Virus record (IMG/VR): IMGVR_UViG_3300025395_000007
Length of the DNA stretch: 64,000 nt
Origin: a virus
Strand: one strand, 5' to 3'
In this document: positions 1 to 7,793 of the stretch, in pieces
How positions within the stretch are numbered: the first letter of the stretch is position 1
How the letters are laid out: every line of letters begins with the position of its first letter
The notes under the pieces: model-generated
What the model was told of the DNA's origin: nothing
What the model saw: only the letters and a program-made list of their open reading frames with translations
The model's database searches: none
Made by a program: the position numbers and the translations under genes

Positions 1-78
1 GTACACAGGGAGTCCTTATAAGGCTTTCAGCGGCAGATTACCGTTCTCGACAGGGTTCAAATCCTTGCACCCCTACCA
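1..78 (+). tRNA. tRNA with anticodon UAU (nominally Ile), long variable arm, 5' end outside window
   Basis: Anticodon stem GAGTC/GGCTT (10-14/22-26) with loop CT-TAT-AA; T arm CAGGG-TTCAAAT-CCTTG (51-67); discriminator A75 and encoded CCA at 76-78; 24-nt variable region 27-50. Confidence 0.85.
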
Positions 79-81
79 TCA

Positions 82-267
82 ATGGAGATTCAAATGGAAG
101 AATTATCTCTTAACTATTCTGTAGATATGATGAAAAAATACGCATTTATTGACGAACTGAATAATTATTTGAATATTCTTCCACCTGAAGATAAAGATAA
201 AAATAATCCCATAATTGAATATATTGAGAAAAGAATTGCACACATTGACAAGAAATATAAAAAGTGA
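82..267 (+). CDS. hypothetical protein
   Basis: Short ORF filling the gap between the tRNA and gp33; start uncertain (a GGAG at 84-87 could serve a slightly downstream ATG). Confidence 0.55.
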   Translation: MEIQMEELSLNYSVDMMKKYAFIDELNNYLNILPPEDKDKNNPIIEYIEKRIAHIDKKYKK

Positions 268-271
268 AAAA

Positions 272-499
272 ATGGTTTTAGAATTGAAGACAAATACCTT
301 TATCGAAGATATCGAAAAGCTTTGTAAAACTAAAAATTTAGAATATATTGATGCTGTTGTTCTTTGGTGTGAGAAAAATAAGTTGGAAGTAGAAACTGCA
401 GCTTATTGGATTAAGAAAGACCCAGCAATGAAAGCGAAGATTCAAGCAGAAGCCGAGAATCTTAATGTTCTTAAACGTGGTGCTCGATTACCAATCTAG
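272..499 (+). CDS. gp33: late promoter transcription accessory protein (T4 gp33-like)
   Basis: YIDAVVLWCEKN..EVE, KIQAEAENLNVLK and C-terminal LPI; position upstream of gp59/gp32; start moved to ATG 272. Confidence 0.85.
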   Translation: MVLELKTNTFIEDIEKLCKTKNLEYIDAVVLWCEKNKLEVETAAYWIKKDPAMKAKIQAEAENLNVLKRGARLPI

Positions 500-508
500 G
501 AGTATATT

Positions 509-736
509 ATGCCTTATGTGACTACAGATGTTTGGGTGGACGATCTCGATATTGAAGATTGTGATGATGAAGAGTTGATCGATGAACTCAAGAGTCGTGG
601 GTTTGAAGTTAGTAATCCTGGCGATAAGCTTAATATTGGAAACCTTTACACTACATACATGACAATGTCTCCTGAGTTCTTTGAGAAAGAACTGAAGAAG
701 TTCTTTAATGAAAATCTAAATGTATATGTGAGATGA
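509..736 (+). CDS. hypothetical acidic protein
   Basis: AGGAG SD before ATG; overlaps gp59 start (ATGA). Confidence 0.7.
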   Translation: MPYVTTDVWVDDLDIEDCDDEELIDELKSRGFEVSNPGDKLNIGNLYTTYMTMSPEFFEKELKKFFNENLNVYVR

Positions 737-1314
737 TGTCAGCACTTGAATGTTATCAGGAATACCTCGCTCTGAAGAATCACTTCAGTAAACCTTCTTA
801 TGATTATTTTAAATATAATGGTAAGGTAAGAGTTAATGCAAAAACATTCGATGCTCGTAAAGACAAATTGTTCTTTCAGAAACTAGCCAAACATCCAGAC
901 GTTCATAGTTTCTTAATTGCTAATCTTTCTGAAAATGAAAAAACATGGATTAAAGAATTAGCATATTCTGAAGTTGCTGAAAAAGTATACAAAGATTGGT
1001 CGAAACGCCAACAGTCTTTGTCTTATGTTTTTAAACAGGATCTAACAAAACTTGACCCTGTATTAAAAAATAACTTCAATTGTAAAGAAGGCGAACATCC
1101 ACTTCTTTTGAGGTTATATCTAGGGAAAGAAATTTCTTTAGAAACACTATGTCTCTTATTAGAATTCTCAGGTGTTAAACAAAAATGGGATTCTAGAATG
1201 GAGTACGATTTGGTTTGGGAATCTCTTAAAACCAAAATTGAAAAATATACCCCTTTCATCAAATATGATAAAGACAAAATAGTTAAAATTGCGCTTGACT
1301 TTTTTGATGAATAA
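733..1314 (+). CDS. gp59: helicase loader (T4 gp59-like)
   Basis: YLALKNHF..YDYFKYNGK..RKDKLFFQKLAK, ISLETL, KYTPFI; synteny with gp32. Confidence 0.92.
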   Translation: MMSALECYQEYLALKNHFSKPSYDYFKYNGKVRVNAKTFDARKDKLFFQKLAKHPDVHSFLIANLSENEKTWIKELAYSEVAEKVYKDWSKRQQSLSYVFKQDLTKLDPVLKNNFNCKEGEHPLLLRLYLGKEISLETLCLLLEFSGVKQKWDSRMEYDLVWESLKTKIEKYTPFIKYDKDKIVKIALDFFDE

Positions 1315-1328
1315 CGGTATACTAAATA
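1295..1328 (+). promoter_or_regulatory. sigma70-like promoter (TTGACT-N17-TATACT) with overlapping late-type TAAATA, upstream of gp32
   Basis: TTGACT 1295-1300, 17-nt spacer, TATACT 1318-1323, ACTAAATA 1321-1328. Confidence 0.75.
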
Positions 1329-1394
1329 ATGTTGCGAGTGAATATTATCGCTCAATAAACTGTCATACTGATATTAAACATACGGAGAATACAC

Positions 1395-2315
1395 ATGAAC
1401 TTTTCAAGTCTCAAGGCACAATCTGGCAAGAAGTCTCTCGAAGCTCTTAGCGCAGAACTAACTAAGCTTAGTGGAAACCAAGAATCAAAGGGTGCAGACG
1501 ATCGTTTCTGGACACCTACGGTTGATAAAGCTGGCAATGGCTATGCTGTTATCCGTTTTCTCCCTGCTCCCCCAAATGAAGATGTCCCATTTATTCGCAT
1601 GTTCGACCATGGTTTTCAAGGTCCAACTGGTTTGTGGTACATTGAAAATTCTTTGACAACTCTTGGTAAGCAGGATCCTGTTTCTGAGTATAACTCGAAG
1701 TTGTGGAATTCAAGCACTGACGATAAGTCTCCTGAACGTGCTCAGGCTCGTAAGCAGAAACGTCGTCTTCACTTTGTTTCTAACATTTATGTAGTTAGCG
1801 ATCAGGGTAATCCTGCAAATGAAGGTAAGGTATTCTTGTTTAAGTACGGCAAGAAGATCTTCGACAAGCTCAACGAAGCGATGAATCCTCAGTTCGAAGA
1901 TGAACAGGCGATGAACCCATTCGATCTTTGGGCTGGTGCAAACTTTAAGTTGAAGATTCGTCAGGTCGAAGGTTATCGTAATTATGATAAGTCAGAGTTC
2001 GATAAGTCTAAGCCACTTCTTGAAGATGATGAAGATTTGGAAAATGTTTGGAAGGGCGAACACTCTTTGAAGTCGTTCCTTGATCCTTCTAACTTCAAGT
2101 CTTTTGAAGAACTTCAGGGTCGTCTTTTGAAGGTTCTTGATGATGCACAGACACCTAAGAATAAGGTTGCTCGCGCAGAGGAAGAAGATCTTCCATGGGC
2201 TCGCGAAGATGCTGCTCCTAAGTTTAAAGAATCAGCTGCACCAAAGGTCTCTGCATCTACAGATGATGATGAAGATGATGATTTGATGGCCCACTTTAAA
2301 AGTCTGGCACGGTAA
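1395..2315 (+). CDS. gp32: single-stranded DNA-binding protein (T4 gp32-like)
   Basis: DDRFW..DKAGNGYAVIRFLP, WYIENSLTT, GKVFLFKYGKKIFDK, GANFKLKIRQVEGYRNYDKSEF, acidic C-terminal tail. Confidence 0.97.
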   Translation: MNFSSLKAQSGKKSLEALSAELTKLSGNQESKGADDRFWTPTVDKAGNGYAVIRFLPAPPNEDVPFIRMFDHGFQGPTGLWYIENSLTTLGKQDPVSEYNSKLWNSSTDDKSPERAQARKQKRRLHFVSNIYVVSDQGNPANEGKVFLFKYGKKIFDKLNEAMNPQFEDEQAMNPFDLWAGANFKLKIRQVEGYRNYDKSEFDKSKPLLEDDEDLENVWKGEHSLKSFLDPSNFKSFEELQGRLLKVLDDAQTPKNKVARAEEEDLPWAREDAAPKFKESAAPKVSASTDDDEDDDLMAHFKSLAR

Positions 2316-2340
2316 TATTTGGACTAATTTTTGGTGATGT

Positions 2341-2368
2341 AAAGGGGGGCTTCCGCTCCCCTTTTTTT
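2341..2368. terminator. intrinsic terminator between convergent genes
   Basis: AAA-GGGGGGC-TTCC-GCTCCCC-TTTTTTT hairpin with T-run on + and short A-run on the other side. Confidence 0.85.
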
Positions 2369-4556
2369 ATGAGAATTTTACGTTCTTAAGATCGTGTGGA
2401 TATGCACCTTTTAATTCAGCATACCATGATGGAGCAAATTCATTACCAAAGAATTTTTCAGTATTATGATCCATGCCAACTGCAGATCTTGATGGAGGTT
2501 GTCTATAATCATCTGGTGGTCTTGAACCTTCATTACCTCCAGTAGATTTCATAGAAGCTTCTCTAGCAAGTTCAGACATTGCTGTTTGCTCTACACCTCT
2601 TCTTGATAAATTTTCACCACGATCATGGCGGGTATCAACACGATATCCGCTTTCTTCATTATTACCACCACCAAGTAGCGATGAAAGTATATTAACACCA
2701 GCACCTATAAGACCGCCAGCTCCACCTCTACCACCAAGCATACTTTCCATCATACCCATAGGACCAGATTGAGCAAATCCAGCAGTACCTAATACACCGT
2801 GACCTATTTCGCCCTGACTAATTTTTCCTACATTACCAAGTTCTGGGAATGGTCCACCGCCACCGCCACCTTGACCTTGGTTAGCGAATCCAAAACTACC
2901 TTCATTTTGTCTTGGACCATGACCCTCTGAGGCAGCGCCACCGCCACCTCCTGCATACTGCCAATGCCATGGTTCTCTTGGAATATTACTGAATCCGAAT
3001 TTTCCTGCATTTTCTTGTAGCCATTTATTTTGTTTGCTGCCTTCTTGATTTGCACCGCCACCTAAATCAACAGCCAGACCCCAACCATGATTTGATGTTC
3101 CAGGAGTTGCAGCCAATCCGCCTTGAGAATATAAACCTTTTTGTTTTGCAAGTCTGAGTTGCTCATCATAAGTTCTATATGAATCTGTAACACTCCAAGA
3201 TATACCTTCAGATTTGGCAGCATCTAACATTTTCTTATATGCATCAGCGGCTTCTGGTTTTAATCTATGATTACCTTCACCGATAGATACTAATTCCGCA
3301 TCAGGTAAATTACCATTTCCACCTTGATCGCCACCTTGTGATAATTCACCACCACCTCTGCCCATCATAGGATTTGGTGCACTTACTTGTTCTCCACCAC
3401 TTTCTCTATTGTTACCGCCAGAAATAGGAGTTGTATCAGAACCATTAACTGATGGTGTATTGCCACCTTGTTGTGAAGGCGATGGAGGAACAGCTGTATT
3501 AGGTTGAGGTGTTACTGCACTAGCAACTTGAGTTTGCGTGGCGCCACCAGACATCTTTGAGTCTATCGAAGCTAATTTAGAACCATAATCGGGATCTGTA
3601 GCATAACCACTTTTAGATTGAGCAGCTATTGCTTCATCTATACTTTTAGCAGCCAGAACATCTTTATATCTTGGATTCTTCATTAAAAAATCAATATAAT
3701 CTCCAGCTGATTCTGAAGAATCTTTATATGATTTGAAATTTTGTTTTGTGTCAACCATTTTACCGTTGACAAATTCTTGTGTTCCTGCACTAACACTATC
3801 TGTATCATTTTTTCCAGCTTTGATACCAAAAGCATTATTACCAACCATATGTTGGCCATAACCAGTTTCAAGCGAAGTTTGTGTAGCCCCTAATTTGGCA
3901 ATAACTTCTGGATTTGGAACACCTTTTTCTTTTGCTGCTTTCAATAAAGAACTATACATTTTATCATAATATTCTTTTTGTTCTGCAGATGCAGGTTTAT
4001 TAGATTTTGCAGTTTCACCAGCTGGCGCACCACCTTTAGGTATTGTCGCTCCTGGCATGTTTTCGAAGCCAGTTTGCATTTTATTTTCTTTAGCTACCAT
4101 ATCGCCAGCAACTGTGCTAATACCTAAAGCACCTAGACCAACTTTTGCAGTATTAGAAATATTTAATTTACCACCAGTAGCTAAACCACCAATTTTTTGG
4201 AATAAACTGCCACTACTATTTCCTACATTAGAATTTTGATTACCTAATGATTGTATAGCAACAGCAAGATGTTGTAATTGTGTTATTACTTGATATTGCG
4301 CTTGTAAAGAAGCATTCAATATACTATTTGTTTGACTTAATTGTGAAGTAACACCTTGTTGACTATCAGAAAGAGCTTGCTGTATTTGTGGGCCAATACT
4401 TGATATTTGTTGTTTTTGAGAAGCAAATACATTGTGTACGTCTTTAAGAATTCGAGACATATTTTCATTGTGTTCATCTGCAGCTTCTCTGAAATTATTT
4501 GTTGCGGCATTCATACCGCTTGCTGCTTTTGCTATTTGACTTAGTTCATTTGCCAT
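2367..4556 (-). CDS. tape-measure-position (gp29-like) virion protein with GH73 glucosaminidase-like and M15 peptidase domains
   Basis: N-terminal Q/A/S-rich helical region; FlgJ/GH73-like LETGYG..NNAFGIKA..GYATDPDY (~3555-3985); VanY/M15-like DSYRTYDEQ..PGTSNHGWGLAVD..EPWHW (~2955-3300); follows gp26/gp51. Confidence 0.75.
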   Translation of the reverse strand: MANELSQIAKAASGMNAATNNFREAADEHNENMSRILKDVHNVFASQKQQISSIGPQIQQALSDSQQGVTSQLSQTNSILNASLQAQYQVITQLQHLAVAIQSLGNQNSNVGNSSGSLFQKIGGLATGGKLNISNTAKVGLGALGISTVAGDMVAKENKMQTGFENMPGATIPKGGAPAGETAKSNKPASAEQKEYYDKMYSSLLKAAKEKGVPNPEVIAKLGATQTSLETGYGQHMVGNNAFGIKAGKNDTDSVSAGTQEFVNGKMVDTKQNFKSYKDSSESAGDYIDFLMKNPRYKDVLAAKSIDEAIAAQSKSGYATDPDYGSKLASIDSKMSGGATQTQVASAVTPQPNTAVPPSPSQQGGNTPSVNGSDTTPISGGNNRESGGEQVSAPNPMMGRGGGELSQGGDQGGNGNLPDAELVSIGEGNHRLKPEAADAYKKMLDAAKSEGISWSVTDSYRTYDEQLRLAKQKGLYSQGGLAATPGTSNHGWGLAVDLGGGANQEGSKQNKWLQENAGKFGFSNIPREPWHWQYAGGGGGAASEGHGPRQNEGSFGFANQGQGGGGGGPFPELGNVGKISQGEIGHGVLGTAGFAQSGPMGMMESMLGGRGGAGGLIGAGVNILSSLLGGGNNEESGYRVDTRHDRGENLSRRGVEQTAMSELAREASMKSTGGNEGSRPPDDYRQPPSRSAVGMDHNTEKFFGNEFAPSWYAELKGAYPHDLKNVKFS

Positions 4557-5086
4557 TAACTGCTACCGTTCATTTTTGCTAGTTTCTCTTGACCTCTAGT
4601 CCAGGCAGCTACACCGAGAATTGCTGCAAACGAAAGATGTATTAATCCACCATTTGATAATGTTAAAGGAACCCATGGCGAATAAGTAAATTGAACACCA
4701 AGTCCTTTATATATTACTGGTAAAAATATTGTAATTCCAGGAAATCCAATAAAATCCATAAAACAAATAGCCATATAAAGCCAGCCCATCGCTGGTCTCC
4801 AATATGCTTTTATCCAATGCTCTTCTGATTCTTTTAATTGTTCATCAACAACTTCTTTATCAATAGAAGTTTGTGCAAGCCCAACAGAAGCTTGAGCTTG
4901 TGCAGTGGCCATCTGCATTGTTTGGTTGTTTTGATTATTGTAGTTATTGTTCCCACCATTATTATTGTTATTATCAATAACTACGACAGAAGGTGGAGGA
5001 GCTACAGGTGTGGGTGTTGGAACAGCCACATTGCTGATATCAGGCGATGATGGAGGAGGAGCGTTAGGGTCTGCTCTAATTACCAT
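4556..5086 (-). CDS. holin (GTA 3TM-holin-like)
   Basis: WRPAMGWLYMAICFMDF..P and HLSFAAILGVAAWTRGQEK hydrophobic segments typical of this family; Pro/Asn/Gln-rich N-terminal extension. Confidence 0.75.
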   Translation of the reverse strand: MVIRADPNAPPPSSPDISNVAVPTPTPVAPPPSVVVIDNNNNNGGNNNYNNQNNQTMQMATAQAQASVGLAQTSIDKEVVDEQLKESEEHWIKAYWRPAMGWLYMAICFMDFIGFPGITIFLPVIYKGLGVQFTYSPWVPLTLSNGGLIHLSFAAILGVAAWTRGQEKLAKMNGSS

Positions 5087-5264
5087 TTTGCTGTCTTTGT
5101 TTCGCTTCTTCTACTTCTCTTAGATAATTCATTAACATTTCGATATAAATGTCTCTTTCAAAAGGCATTAAATTTTCAATTTCACTAATGGAATATTTAT
5201 GATGCTGAGCCATTGAAAAAATTGTTGTAAAATAATTCTGTAAAGAATTATGACTCAGCGCCAA
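5076..5264 (-). CDS. gp51: baseplate hub assembly catalyst (gp51-like); possibly translated only as a -1 frameshift extension of gp26
   Basis: F.MAQHHKYSISEIENLMPFERDIYI motif; no SD before TTG; overlaps gp26 end in the -1 frame. Confidence 0.85.
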   Translation of the reverse strand: MALSHNSLQNYFTTIFSMAQHHKYSISEIENLMPFERDIYIEMLMNYLREVEEAKQRQQNGN

Positions 5265-5962
5265 GTAAAAAAATCATTTAACGAATTTAATACGATTTTT
5301 CTTTCATTACCTTTTTTATTTGTGTAATTGATAGTGTGTTCTAGTTTAGGAACAGATAGTAGAAAATTCTGAATAGATTCAAAAGTTTTCATATCTAGAT
5401 TTTCTAAGAAATCTTCTAATTCTTGCTTCTTATAGTTTTTAGATTCATAAACACTATCACCATAATACATTTTATCAATACATCTGATGATCAATTCAAA
5501 CATATAGTTTTTATCTAATTTAAGAAATTCTTCATCATCATATAAAGATGCTGGAGGATACTTCATAACAATACCAGATTTATCTGTTATTTTAATATTA
5601 TTTTCTAAATTTTTAGGGTATATAATTTCTATATCATTTAAATCTACAGTAAATGTATAAGTTTCTTCGTCTTCAAAATCTTTATATGTTAGCTTTGCTA
5701 TGTTATCTACAGAAACAGCTCTGAGCTTTAGAAAGATATATTCTAAATCAAAAACGGCTAATTTGTTAATGTCTAACTTATCATCTGTGCAGCAATTATT
5801 AACAATCTGTTTGATTGCTGATAAAATCTCAGCTTGACTTTCGCTTTCTCTAGCCATGAGAAGTAGTTTTTCTTCTTTGACTAAAAATGGTCTAAATTTA
5901 TAAACCTTTTTCAGAGAAGGTATTTTGATATTATATAAAGGGTATTCAATTTTAGGTAACAT
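5255..5962 (-). CDS. gp26: baseplate hub assembly protein (gp26-like)
   Basis: MLPKI..P.Y, FRPFLVKEEKLLLMA, FDLEYIFLKLRAVSV, MKYP; GGAG SD. Confidence 0.93.
   Translation of the reverse strand: MLPKIEYPLYNIKIPSLKKVYKFRPFLVKEEKLLLMARESESQAEILSAIKQIVNNCCTDDKLDINKLAVFDLEYIFLKLRAVSVDNIAKLTYKDFEDEETYTFTVDLNDIEIIYPKNLENNIKITDKSGIVMKYPPASLYDDEEFLKLDKNYMFELIIRCIDKMYYGDSVYESKNYKKQELEDFLENLDMKTFESIQNFLLSVPKLEHTINYTNKKGNERKIVLNSLNDFFTWR
5267..5273 (-). other. candidate -1 programmed ribosomal frameshift slippery heptamer T TTT TTT
   Basis: Minus strand GAT TTT TTT ACT TGG CGC TGA; a -1 slip reads TAC TTG GCG CTG AGT CAT, which is the gp51 frame. Confidence 0.65.
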
Positions 5963-5981
5963 ATTGTAACTCCATTATGAA

Positions 5982-6686
5982 TTAATAGTTTATTAAACCT
6001 GTCGAAAGTGATAAATTATCTATTGCTTCTTGTGATATTGATGATTGTTGACTAGCAGAAGGTGTTGTAACCTCCGAACTTTCAATTGTATATTCTGTGT
6101 ATGCAATGCCAAGATTTAATCTTAAAAGATTTCCTTGATCTGCCCAATTTAAATTTACTTCTCTCATTGAAGTCGGGAATGCTTCAAATAGATTAATTTC
6201 TTGAATTTTTTTACCAAAAATATCATACATTATAATTTGAATGGTTGTAGAATATTGATCTTTATATTCTGCAGTATATGATGGTATTTTGTTGGCTCTA
6301 CCGCCAGAACGGGCAGAAGAAGTTCCAGTAAATTCATATATTCCTCTTAACCAATTGTGCCAAAACTGCCACATATTACCGTAGCCGTCAGAGATCAAAG
6401 AAATACTTGTTTCTGAAAATTGAGCATTCATAGGTTGTTTCTGGGTTGGACCAACGCCATAGTGGTTAACGTCTGCATTGATTAATGTTATGCCAGGAGT
6501 TCTTATAGATTCTGCTCTGAATGATATATCTGCTGCTATATTATTGATCGAAGTACTAGATCCAGTATTATTAATAAAGGAATTGAATAGAATCGGCGGT
6601 GGGTTGAGAACAACTTTAAAACGGTTATTTGTTAAATAACCGCTCGCTGAAATATTAGTTTTAAAATTAACTATATTAAATGGCAT
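5982..6686 (-). CDS. gp54: baseplate tail tube initiator (gp54-like, tube-fold protein)
   Basis: Tube-fold pattern NRFKV..RAESIRTPG..F..W..LFEAFPTSM..V.LNW..; position next to gp2/gp26. Confidence 0.7.
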   Translation of the reverse strand: MPFNIVNFKTNISASGYLTNNRFKVVLNPPPILFNSFINNTGSSTSINNIAADISFRAESIRTPGITLINADVNHYGVGPTQKQPMNAQFSETSISLISDGYGNMWQFWHNWLRGIYEFTGTSSARSGGRANKIPSYTAEYKDQYSTTIQIIMYDIFGKKIQEINLFEAFPTSMREVNLNWADQGNLLRLNLGIAYTEYTIESSEVTTPSASQQSSISQEAIDNLSLSTGLINY

Positions 6687-6694
6687 TTCTATTC

Positions 6695-7294
6695 CTAGTA
6701 AGGTGGCGATGCTTTAGAAGAATATCTTCTATCTGGATTTATTTTCCACATTTGCATTGGTAATAGCAATGCTTTATCCCAGTCCTTTGGGTTAACATAT
6801 TGAAATGCACTTTTTACATGACCATATAGGTATCTTTTAACACAATTTTCAAACCCAGAGAATTTCGTAGAAGATTGTTTTAGAACATTATACGAAATAT
6901 TAAGTTTGGTCGAATTATTGTATTTATCATTATTTGCGATAGTATGTAAAGCGTTCATCAAACCAGCTCGCGCTTGTGGTGGTAAATAATGAAGGTTAAT
7001 TGCTAGAAATCCACTGGTGGAGAAATCTAATGGAAACACAAGAGGAAACATATCATAAAAAGGTAATGTTGCTTTAAACTTAGGGTCATAAACAAACATA
7101 AACATTTTACCGATTTGAGGGACACCAACATTCTTAAAGATTTTAAATGGGTCGGCGGTTTCCATTATTTGTTCTTGATTAACTTGATCTTTATTGATAT
7201 TCATGGCCTGATCGCGATACCAAGCTTGAGCTTCTTGTGTATCGCTGAAAGAAACGCTTTTAGCAGCCTGATTTATTTGTTGGAAAAGATACAT
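6695..7294 (-). CDS. gp2: DNA end protector protein
   Basis: GKMFMFVYDPKFKATLPFYDMFPLVFP, INLHYLPP, CVKRYLYGHV. Confidence 0.93.
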   Translation of the reverse strand: MYLFQQINQAAKSVSFSDTQEAQAWYRDQAMNINKDQVNQEQIMETADPFKIFKNVGVPQIGKMFMFVYDPKFKATLPFYDMFPLVFPLDFSTSGFLAINLHYLPPQARAGLMNALHTIANNDKYNNSTKLNISYNVLKQSSTKFSGFENCVKRYLYGHVKSAFQYVNPKDWDKALLLPMQMWKINPDRRYSSKASPPY

Positions 7295-7746
7295 TAATAC
7301 GTAATTCCTAATTCTTTTTCAGTAAAAATAACAAACTTCCATCCTCTATCTTTACAATATTCGGATGCAGCTTTCCACTTAGCTTCATTAATTCCCCATG
7401 TTTTAACTTCTGTAAGATATCTTTTTGTCATCTTTTGTTGCCTAACAGGGGGGTTTACTTGTTTAGCTGGTTTGACTTCAATTATAACAGTTTCTTTTAC
7501 ACTATCCTTATTTATTTTAGTTACAATAAAATCAGGATAATATCTATGTATTTTTCCATCTATAGGTGATCTATAATGTATAATAATCTCTTCAGATCCC
7601 CATGAAAGGATCTGTTTATCCTCGTCCAATCTCAACATTAATTTAAGTTCCCATCCAGAACGATAAATAATGTTGGTAGGATCACCTTTGTATTTTTGTG
7701 GATTTTTGGGTTTAAAGTACCCTTGATATAATTTCATCTTCACCAT
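7294..7746 (-). CDS. gp4: head completion nuclease
   Basis: FKPKNPQKYKGDPTNIIYRSGWE, WGSEE, HRYYPDF, EVKP, NEAKWKAA. Confidence 0.95.
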   Translation of the reverse strand: MVKMKLYQGYFKPKNPQKYKGDPTNIIYRSGWELKLMLRLDEDKQILSWGSEEIIIHYRSPIDGKIHRYYPDFIVTKINKDSVKETVIIEVKPAKQVNPPVRQQKMTKRYLTEVKTWGINEAKWKAASEYCKDRGWKFVIFTEKELGITY

Positions 7747-7750
7747 TTAT

Positions 7751-7775
7751 AATAAATATTCTTCTAATATTTAGC
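7751..7775. promoter_or_regulatory. pair of late-promoter-like boxes for the divergent gp4 and gp48 operons
   Basis: AATAAATA on + (7751-7758) and GCTAAATA on - (7775-7768) in the 47-nt intergenic gap. Confidence 0.5.
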
Positions 7776-7793
7776 CGATTCTAAGGAACATAA

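Noticed and set aside
7294-7746. TnsA-like transposase / mobile element
   Set aside because: The nuclease motif belongs to head completion protein gp4 in its usual position next to gp2; no transposon ends or partner genes
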